From Bacteroidales bacterium (GTDB lineage: Bacteria; Bacteroidota; Bacteroidia; Bacteroidales; UBA12077): DNA of 64,000 bases. The translations under genes were made by a program, and so were the position numbers. Below the pieces are notes generated by a model. That model was not told the DNA's origin. It made no database searches and worked only from the letters and a program-made list of their open reading frames with translations. The stretch is from assembly GCA_028282585.1 (NCBI GenBank), contig JANQHR010000142.1:1-64000 (forward strand), given 5' to 3'. Below, in pieces: positions 1-7,292 of the stretch (position 1 is the first letter of the stretch; every line of letters starts with the position of its first letter).

Positions 1-61
1 CTTTGATCTTGTTGTCATACCGACCCTTAAGATCGTAAATTTTAAGGGGACAACAAAATTA

Positions 62-98
62 AAAGGCTGTCCTTTTACTTTTTGGACAGCCTCTTTTT
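62..98 (+). terminator. GGCTGTCC/GGACAGCC hairpin followed by T-run; intrinsic terminator, possibly also the end of an IS1182-like element lying left of the window
   Basis: aaaggctgtcc-ttttacttttt-ggacagcctcttttt seen directly; the IS-end reading is recollection of GAGGCTGTC..AAAAGT-type ends and is unverified. Confidence 0.55.
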
Positions 99-506
99 AT
101 TTTCATCTGGATCCAGAGTCCAACTAAAAGACAAGAACTGCGTGTATTTAGTAATCGGTGGTTAAAACGTTAAAAACAGTTCGATCATCTGTAGCAATGC
201 CACTTGATTAAAATATCCCCTTGCAGTTGTCATACCACTATAGATTAAAGATCAATACATTTCTCTACTTTCCAGCTTACTATTAATCCACCAGCAGCAT
301 GAGTGTCGCCAACTCTCTTAAATCGTCATTCGTGTATAAAACTATTATTTGAATTAGACCAGGTACTTTTTTATTCTTTGTATTGACTTGGGTTAATTAC
401 TGATCACGTTTATATAAAAACAATTCCATTCCCTGATTTATCAACACTATTATAACACTCAATAATACAACAATTTATATGATTAAAACTTAAACATAAA
501 TAATTT

Positions 507-542
507 AACTTATTATTAAGTTGTTTAATTTAATAATAAGTT
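507..542. promoter_or_regulatory. Paired palindromic operator, candidate BlaI binding sites
   Basis: AACTTA-TTAT-TAAGTT (507-522) and AATTTA-ATAA-TAAGTT (527-542); 507-519 is the perfect inverse of 530-542; lies about 50 bp upstream of exbD-blaI. Confidence 0.55.
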
Positions 543-593
543 TTAATATTGTATCATATTATACAGAACAATTAGTTAAATAAATAAAAAACT

Positions 594-1157
594 ATGAGAA
601 GACGACAATTACCAGAAATTAATGGAGGATCTTTAGCAGATATTGCCTTTTTATTATTGATCTTTTTCCTTGTAGCAACAACTATGGATATGGATGCAGG
701 GATGATACGCAGGTTATCTCCACCCTCCGATGCTCCTCCACCCGAATTCAATGAAAGAAATGTTTGGGTTGTTTTAGTTAATGCAAATGATCAATTAATG
801 GTTGAAGGAAACGAAATGCCTTTAAGTATGTTAAAAGAAAAAACCAAAGAGTTCCTAACGAATCCTAATGATAAAGATAACTTACCGGAAAAGCGCACAG
901 CTTTCGTTGAGCCTTTTGGTGAAATTAAAGTATCTAAAGGAGTAATTTCCATAAAAAATGATAGATCAACATCATATGGAATGTTTATTAAGGTAATGAA
1001 TGAATTAGTTGCTGCTGGAAATGAAGTAAAAGATGAATTTAGCATGAAACAGTTTGGTAAAAAGTATGATGAATTACCTCAACATTTAAAAGATGCAGTA
1101 AAGGATGCAGTTCCGGCAGTAATCTCAGAAGCAGAACCAATGCATATAAATAGATAA
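594..1157 (+). CDS. exbD: Biopolymer transport protein ExbD/TolR family (Bacteroidota type)
   Basis: N-terminal EINGGSLADIAFLLLIFFLVATT transmembrane motif with the essential Asp; C-terminal ISEAEP typical of Bacteroidota ExbD. Confidence 0.92.
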   Translation: MRRRQLPEINGGSLADIAFLLLIFFLVATTMDMDAGMIRRLSPPSDAPPPEFNERNVWVVLVNANDQLMVEGNEMPLSMLKEKTKEFLTNPNDKDNLPEKRTAFVEPFGEIKVSKGVISIKNDRSTSYGMFIKVMNELVAAGNEVKDEFSMKQFGKKYDELPQHLKDAVKDAVPAVISEAEPMHINR

Positions 1158-1160
1158 GCT

Positions 1161-1538
1161 ATGACGACACTAACAAAAGCAGAAGAAAGAATCATGAAAA
1201 TCCTTTGGAAAATTGATAAAGGATTTATAAATGATATCCTGGAGCATTTTCCCGATCCAAAACCACCTTATAATTCGGTATCTACAATAGTAAGAGTTTT
1301 AGTTAAAAAAAAGATCGTATCATTTAAAAAGTATGGTAATACCTATGAATATTACCCTCTAATTACTAAAGAAGATTATAAGAAGGGTCAAATGAGCAGG
1401 CTCTTAAAAGATTACTATAACAATTCTTTAAAACAAGTAGTTAATTTCTTTTCTGAAAGCAAAAACCTGGATATAGATGAAGTTGACGAAGTAATGAAAA
1501 TGTTAAATGAAATAAAAGATAAGAAAAAGAATGGTTAA
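1161..1538 (+). CDS. BlaI/MecI/CopY family repressor
   Basis: LTKAEERIMKILW, YNSVSTIVRVLVKK, YEYYPLITKEDY and the N-F cleavage-site motif (VVNFF); overlaps the M56 gene. Confidence 0.93.
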   Translation: MTTLTKAEERIMKILWKIDKGFINDILEHFPDPKPPYNSVSTIVRVLVKKKIVSFKKYGNTYEYYPLITKEDYKKGQMSRLLKDYYNNSLKQVVNFFSESKNLDIDEVDEVMKMLNEIKDKKKNG

Positions 1539-3612
1539 ATTCTTGCTATATCTTTTTGAATCAGGATTATGCCTTACAATTCTGTTTTTGGTTTATGTAC
1601 TTTTTTTTCGAAAAGAAACATATTTTAAATTTAATAGGATCTATCTTATTTCAATCATCTTTTTGTCCTTATTCGTTCCATTTATGCGCATTAATATAAA
1701 AGTTAAAAACACGCAACGATACGAAAATGCTATTAATGAAATTGGAAAATTCAGGACTTATTATGAACAACTAATTGCCTTAACAGATCCTGATTATCTG
1801 CAAATAAAAACAGATAAATTCAATTTAATTTTTGATGAAACCGGAATAGTTGATTATAACAGTATAAGCTCTGCGCAGAGTAACTATGTAATTGATAATA
1901 CTTCGGCATTAAACATTATAAAAACGCCGAAACAATCTGCCAGATTATCTGTAGCTCAAATAATCTTCATCATTTATATATTAGGCGTTTTAATATTTTT
2001 TTCAAGAATAATTATCTTATTTCATTGGATTTTAAAAACTATTAACAAAAATCAGATTGAAATTTATAATAGCATTAAAATCATTAAACTCGGCAAAAAC
2101 CTCCCTCCTTTTTCTTTTATGGGCTATGTTTTTTTTAACAATAATATTTATTCAACAAAAAAAATAGAACAGATTCTGGCCCACGAAAAAGCACATATCA
2201 AACAATATCATTCCGTTGATCTTTTGATAGCTCACGCAATTACTATACTACAATGGTTTAATCCGTTTGTATGGTTTTTACAAAAAACGATAAAAACAAA
2301 CCATGAATATCTTGCTGATAGCAATGTAGTTAACCATGGTTACAATTTGCTTGATTACCAGGAACTATTGCTAAATCAATTCATATCAATTCCTTCAGTA
2401 CAACTTGTAAACAACTTTAACCTTATATCCATTAAAAAACGAATTAACATGATGAACAAAACAAAATCAGGATTAATAGCAAAATTTAAAGCTATATTAA
2501 TAATACCTGCAGCTCTTTTTGCATTTATTCTTTTCGCAAATCTAACTTTAAACAGCCCTGGAAAAGTTTTAACCAACCTATCATTCTTTGAAATTCAAAA
2601 CAACATGAATCAGTTGAAGGGAATGTGGAACAATACAAATGATAAAACTTATGGAATAAAAGTGCTTTTTGAAAAAAGCAAGTTCTCTGTAATAGATGAT
2701 AAAATAATTTTAAAAGAATATCCATATCAAATTCAGGGAAACCAGATCCTGTTAAGTTTGCCAGGTAACGAAACCATTGAGCTTAAATATGAAGTTGTTA
2801 ACGAGCAGTTAAAAATATGGTGGAATGAGGCCGAGTACTCTTTATATGAAAAATCGGAATATAATAATACTCTTGATGATTATTTATCACATCTTAATGT
2901 TGAAATTGACCTGCCTGTAATAAAAAAGTATTGGTTGCTACAACGACAAGATTTATGTATTGATGTTGCGATGATCGGTAATCAAATTTATGTTAACAAA
3001 AAATCTACAAGTTATACCGATTTAAAAGAAGCTCTAATAAGGGAAAAAAATAAAATAAACCAACTGGATCAAAAACTTATTACTATAAGGGTTTTTGCTG
3101 ATAAAAATCTTTCAATGGAATATATGAATAAGTTAAATCAATCGTTACGAGAAATCGGACTATTGAAAATTGCACATGTAGGAAAGGTAAATGATCCAAA
3201 AGTTTCTAAACTGCAAGTTGGTTATATTGGTATGACGAAAAAAATCCCGCCATTAGTTGGGATAGAAGTTCTTGAAAAAGAGGAAATAATAAAGAAAGGT
3301 ATAACACTTTTTGAAATTGATGCTACCAACAGTGAAAATACACCAGAAAAAGTTAAACCAAAATTTAAGGAAGCTGTTTTAAATTCCGAAAAATACATTA
3401 CTGACCTTTATTATGATAAAACTACTATATTCAATACTTATATTGGTTACCAAGATATGGCCAGATCAGTTATTTATGAATTTCGTGAAAGCTATTCTAT
3501 GGAAAAATATAATCTAAAATATGACGATTTATCACTAATACAACAAAAGGAAATAAAAAAGAAGTATCCATTAATCATATCAGAGTCTGGGGCCTTTAAA
3601 CCTAGAAATTAA
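1531..3612 (+). CDS. M56 (BlaR1-like) metallopeptidase with C-terminal ExbD-like periplasmic domains
   Basis: FNRIYL, PFSF, HEKAH (HExxH), QWFNPFVW, HEYLAD, IKKRINMM; the C-terminus resembles the adjacent ExbD (YSMEKYNLKYDDL...YPLIISES versus FSMKQFGKKYDEL...VPAVISEAE). Confidence 0.88.
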   Translation: MVKFLLYLFESGLCLTILFLVYVLFFRKETYFKFNRIYLISIIFLSLFVPFMRINIKVKNTQRYENAINEIGKFRTYYEQLIALTDPDYLQIKTDKFNLIFDETGIVDYNSISSAQSNYVIDNTSALNIIKTPKQSARLSVAQIIFIIYILGVLIFFSRIIILFHWILKTINKNQIEIYNSIKIIKLGKNLPPFSFMGYVFFNNNIYSTKKIEQILAHEKAHIKQYHSVDLLIAHAITILQWFNPFVWFLQKTIKTNHEYLADSNVVNHGYNLLDYQELLLNQFISIPSVQLVNNFNLISIKKRINMMNKTKSGLIAKFKAILIIPAALFAFILFANLTLNSPGKVLTNLSFFEIQNNMNQLKGMWNNTNDKTYGIKVLFEKSKFSVIDDKIILKEYPYQIQGNQILLSLPGNETIELKYEVVNEQLKIWWNEAEYSLYEKSEYNNTLDDYLSHLNVEIDLPVIKKYWLLQRQDLCIDVAMIGNQIYVNKKSTSYTDLKEALIREKNKINQLDQKLITIRVFADKNLSMEYMNKLNQSLREIGLLKIAHVGKVNDPKVSKLQVGYIGMTKKIPPLVGIEVLEKEEIIKKGITLFEIDATNSENTPEKVKPKFKEAVLNSEKYITDLYYDKTTIFNTYIGYQDMARSVIYEFRESYSMEKYNLKYDDLSLIQQKEIKKKYPLIISESGAFKPRN

Positions 3613-3618
3613 CAAGGA

Positions 3619-3649
3619 AAAAGCGCATTCTTTTGATGAATGCGCTTTT
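3619..3649. terminator. Bidirectional intrinsic terminator
   Basis: aaaagcgcattc-ttttgat-gaatgcgctttt between convergent ORFs. Confidence 0.85.
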
Positions 3650-3776
3650 ATATTTTATTGGATTTACATAATTTTTTTTCTTTCTTGGAATGCAGTCCGC
3701 ATTTTTTACATACAAAACTAGCTTTCTCTTTTTTTAGTTTATTCTTTGTATGTGCTTTGCATAACTTTTTCGACAT
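3648..3776 (-). CDS. 42-aa Lys-rich four-Cys microprotein (below the ORF-track cut-off), putative zinc finger
   Basis: Manual translation MSKKLCKAHTKNKLKKEKASFVCKKCGLHSKKEKKLCKSNKI*; contains CxxCG; stop codon abuts the terminator. Confidence 0.75.
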   Translation of the reverse strand: MSKKLCKAHTKNKLKKEKASFVCKKCGLHSKKEKKLCKSNKI

Positions 3777-3821
3777 TTCATTTTCAATTTAAAATGAAAC
3801 AGAAAACTATAAAAAATGTTC

Positions 3822-3852
3822 TAAAAAAAAGCGAAACCTAATGGTCTCGCTT
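3822..3852 (-). terminator. Intrinsic terminator after the permease-like gene
   Basis: A-run plus gcgaaacc-taat-ggtctcgc, i.e. hairpin then U-tract on the minus strand. Confidence 0.6.
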
Positions 3853-3887
3853 GAAAAAGTAATCCTAAAATAACTAAAAACGTGAAT

Positions 3888-4955
3888 TTATATTGAGTTG
3901 TGTTGAATATTCCTCCCTTTTAACTGATCAAATAGTTTACGCTTGGGACAACAAACTAAGTACACAGTTAAAAGGGCCATGGATAGAATAATAAATAAAT
4001 CGACTAAACCAAAATTTATTCTGTTCGCATACACCTCTAACCACAACTTCTTAATTAAGAATGCTATTGGCCCAACAACTAATCCTATAATTGCAATTAA
4101 ATAGATGTATGTTTTTGATATCACTAATGTTAAAACATGAATTCCTACTCCCAAAATCTTAAATAATTCTACTTCTTTTTTACAAGCATATTTTATTCCT
4201 ATGTGCCCTAAGCATATAAGCAAAATAAATATGTTGATAAATAAAAATGCACTATAAACAACATCTTCCCAAATCATGTGCTCGTTTTTTAATCTTTCTT
4301 GGAAAGTTAAAAATCCTGCTTGGCTTGCATCAATATTCATTTCTTTTACCAAAAATTGCTCTTCTAATTCGGAACAAAATGCATACGCTAAATGGCCTGA
4401 GGATAATTGAAATATCTTTGCTTGCTTATCGGAAGTCAAATTTAAATTCTCAAAATCTTTAACTACACCACAAACAATGAGTTTATTATTTTTATCGTCC
4501 ATTAATATGGTACCTGGAACATCATCAATTAAACTAATTCCTAGCAAATCAACAGCACTTTCATTGATATATACTAAAAGGCCATTATCATGGTCCATAA
4601 ATAAGCCAGGTTTCTCTGCAATTACTTTGTAATTAAAAAAATCCAAGTATTTATCAGAGATTAACTGATGAGCTATTTTTACACCTTTTGTATTATATTC
4701 TGACCTTATATGCGTAATTCTTTCGGATTTAAATCCAGGTAATGCAGATGAGAATACCAAACTATCCGGAAGTACAAATGAGCTTTTTGTCATCTTTATA
4801 GTAACTACACTGTCCTTATTAAAGCCTAAATCAGCACTTAAAACCATATTCATTTTGTTAACAGACAATAAAATAAAAAACACCCCAACCATAGAAATTG
4901 CCAGTAGGATGTTTAGAATTATTTTTGATGATATTTGCCTGTTTAAAATCCTCAT
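3888..4955 (-). CDS. Half-length, divergent FtsX/MacB-type ABC permease
   Basis: DLGFNKDSVV, YINESAV, VCGVVKDF, KEVELFKILG, WLEVYANRI; parallels the second half of the 808-aa permease at 19191. Confidence 0.75.
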   Translation of the reverse strand: MRILNRQISSKIILNILLAISMVGVFFILLSVNKMNMVLSADLGFNKDSVVTIKMTKSSFVLPDSLVFSSALPGFKSERITHIRSEYNTKGVKIAHQLISDKYLDFFNYKVIAEKPGLFMDHDNGLLVYINESAVDLLGISLIDDVPGTILMDDKNNKLIVCGVVKDFENLNLTSDKQAKIFQLSSGHLAYAFCSELEEQFLVKEMNIDASQAGFLTFQERLKNEHMIWEDVVYSAFLFINIFILLICLGHIGIKYACKKEVELFKILGVGIHVLTLVISKTYIYLIAIIGLVVGPIAFLIKKLWLEVYANRINFGLVDLFIILSMALLTVYLVCCPKRKLFDQLKGRNIQHNSI

Positions 4956-5029
4956 CTAATTATCAAAAGTTTTTCATTTTTAATTTCTATTCAAAAATAT
5001 GTTGACTTTTAACGTTAATCCACCAAAAT

Positions 5030-5063
5030 GTAATGAACTGTATTTTGTTAGTAACGAACTGTA
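5030..5063 (-). promoter_or_regulatory. LytTR-type direct repeat
   Basis: GTAATGAACTGTA (5030-5042) and GTAACGAACTGTA (5051-5063), 21-bp period; the minus strand reads ACAGTTCRT, matching the LytTR consensus. Confidence 0.65.
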
Positions 5064-5165
5064 GATTTTTATTACATATAATTTTAAAAAGATTTATAAA
5101 AAGGAAACCAATTAAAAGACTCCTTTTTACAATTAAAGTTGCAATTTTCTTAGGTAAGATTTATT

Positions 5166-5606
5166 TTATTGAAGTGTATCTGTGCTAATCAATTTTTCTA
5201 ATCTATCAATTTGTTCATAGCTTTCCGTCTCGAGCCAAGCATTTTTTAACATTTTATGAAAAACCTGAAAACCAAATAAAGCATGATATTTACCAAATTC
5301 TTCGTTTTTATTTAAAATGTTATTTAAATATTTTTCCAGGTATCTACTTACTTGATAATCTACGGTTTTACTATCAGAGTTTGCGTAACTCTTTTGTATA
5401 TGTGCTATATCTAGTAATAACGTAAATAATTCATTTATCTTTAGCTGTCTTATACGTGTACTTTTCAATTCATCCTCAAATAAATTAAATAGTTTTGATG
5501 ACTCGGAAGCATTATGATCCTTATAAAGATCTGGTTTACAATTTAAATTATTTATTTGCATGGCTTTCTCCATAAGAAATGTAACCAATTGTGAATATAA
5601 AGACAT
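5166..5606 (-). CDS. Hypothetical helical protein, possibly the 3' part of a decayed gene
   Basis: 146-aa ORF with no recognised motif; short broken frames lie upstream. Confidence 0.45.
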   Translation of the reverse strand: MSLYSQLVTFLMEKAMQINNLNCKPDLYKDHNASESSKLFNLFEDELKSTRIRQLKINELFTLLLDIAHIQKSYANSDSKTVDYQVSRYLEKYLNNILNKNEEFGKYHALFGFQVFHKMLKNAWLETESYEQIDRLEKLISTDTLQ

Positions 5607-5804
5607 AACTTAGAATTATTTAAAATATGTTATAATAAATATACCCGCTCCGTATATAGATTCATTTCGATAGTTGAACTTACCGGTAAAGAGAATTTTT
5701 CAGAAATTTCAATACTCTTTTTGAACACTTATTCCAAGGTTTGCCAACATAAAATGAAACTCCTTTATTTCATTATTCATGCTAATTCAAAAGTATGACT
5801 AGCA

Positions 5805-5978
5805 TTATAGTCGAACTAATTTCCTTTTTTGTAATGAAATATTTCTTAATGTATCAGTTATTACAGTAATAAGAGGAACTTCAATTATGTTATTTGCCTG
5901 TCCCGAACGGGTTGCAAAGAATTCCTCTTCCAATGTAAAGGAAAAATAACCGTTATCTTTTTCTTTAATCTGATTCAT
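5805..5978 (-). pseudogene. Truncated CheW-like remnant (57 aa)
   Basis: Manual translation MNQIKEKDNGYFSFTLEEEFFATRSGQANNIIEVPLITVITDT...; resembles the CheW N-terminus (YLSFxLxxExFA...IIE...IT) but lacks GVINLRG and the rest of the domain. Confidence 0.45.
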
Positions 5979-5992
5979 TAAGTATAATTTTA

Positions 5993-6400
5993 CTAAAATT
6001 GATTTTTTATAGTAAACAGCTTTTTGGGAAATGAATATTTTCCATTTAGTACTTCATTTATAACATCTATAATCTTTATCGTTGCTTCAGGTTTATATAA
6101 ACATGCTTTATATCCGGCGGAAATAATATCAAATAATGTGTGCTCCCAATACAAGGTAAGTCCAATCATAGGTAAGTCCTGGTATAGATAGTTAACCTTT
6201 TTTGCAAGTTCAATACCGTTCATACCATCCATTTCAATATCGATTATAACTAAATCTGGAGTCTGGGTTTCTAAGAGTTTCAATAAATCATTTCCATTTG
6301 AAGCTTCCGCAATAACTTTGAACCCTTCCACAGACTGTAAAAAAACATTAACACCTTTTCTAAAAATCGGATTATCATCAACGATGATTATATTTATCAT
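5993..6400 (-). CDS. Stand-alone NarL-type receiver domain protein (no HTH)
   Basis: IIIVDDNPIFRKG, PDLVIIDIEM, NGIEL; ATG at 6400 preferred over the track start at 6454. Confidence 0.85.
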   Translation of the reverse strand: MINIIIVDDNPIFRKGVNVFLQSVEGFKVIAEASNGNDLLKLLETQTPDLVIIDIEMDGMNGIELAKKVNYLYQDLPMIGLTLYWEHTLFDIISAGYKACLYKPEATIKIIDVINEVLNGKYSFPKKLFTIKNQF

Positions 6401-6638
6401 TTTTATATTCTTCAAATTGTATAGTAAAATTAAAGCCTGTAGTATTTCTAACAAGGTACTTCTACGAAATATAGAATAGGTATTTTTCTAAAGTTATTGG
6501 CGTTATTTTCGGTAATTTTGTCGTATTTATACGATATTAAAGTTACAAAAAGAAGAAAAAGTATATTTTCTGAAAATCAATACTTTGAAGTTATTGTCAT
6601 ATTTCTTGATAGTATGATATCTTTTTAAAACTATCTCA

Positions 6639-7289
6639 TCATAGATTTGCAAGATTATTTCTCAATGCGAAAAGAACTAATTTAACTGTCGTATTCGTAT
6701 TTGTTTTTTGCATCAACCTTTCCTTATATTTTTCTATAGTTCGGTCGCTAACATACATTTTCTTTGCTATTTCTTTTACAGATAATCCTTGGCAGAGTAA
6801 ATCAAGGAGTAATATTTCTTTTTCTGTAATAAATCTCAGTTCTTCTCTTTTTTTCTGAGCTTCCATATCTATTACGGACTTTTGAGAAAGCTTTACAATT
6901 ATCTCATTCGAAAAGTAATATTTATTATTCATTACTGCCTCTACGGCCTGACCAACTTTTTCATAATCAGCATCTTTTAACATATATCCGTATACACCCA
7001 AATCTATCATTTTGTTGACAGATTCTAAATTATCGTAATATGTTAATATAATTATTTTCAGGTGAGATTTTAATTTGATTATTTCTTCCGTAGCCTCAAA
7101 TCCATCCATTATTGGCATTTTTAAATCTAAAAAAACAATATCAATGTCTTTTTCATCTAGTATTTGTAATAACTCTTTTCCATTTGTTGCCTCACCAACG
7201 CATTCAATGTTATCTAAATGCTTTATAACTAATTTAAACCCCTCTCTAAAAATAGGGTGGTCATCAGCTATAATAACTTTAATTTTCAT
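6639..7289 (-). CDS. NarL/FixJ family response regulator (REC + LuxR HTH)
   Basis: IADDHPIFREG, FLDLKMP, GLSVKEIAKKMYVSDRTIEKY. Confidence 0.95.
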   Translation of the reverse strand: MKIKVIIADDHPIFREGFKLVIKHLDNIECVGEATNGKELLQILDEKDIDIVFLDLKMPIMDGFEATEEIIKLKSHLKIIILTYYDNLESVNKMIDLGVYGYMLKDADYEKVGQAVEAVMNNKYYFSNEIIVKLSQKSVIDMEAQKKREELRFITEKEILLLDLLCQGLSVKEIAKKMYVSDRTIEKYKERLMQKTNTNTTVKLVLFALRNNLANL

Positions 7290-7292
7290 ATT

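Noticed and set aside
11-276. CRISPR array built on GTTGTCATACC at 11 and 226
   Set aside because: Only an 11-nt match, 215 bp apart, with no regular repeat-spacer period and no cas genes in the window
121-360. Possible minus-strand gene remnant (RVGDTHAAGGLIVSWK..., IYSGMTTARGYFNQV...)
   Set aside because: Short broken frames with no recognisable family
1531-3612. Beta-lactam resistance (bla) locus
   Set aside because: No penicillin-binding sensor domain recognised and no beta-lactamase gene nearby
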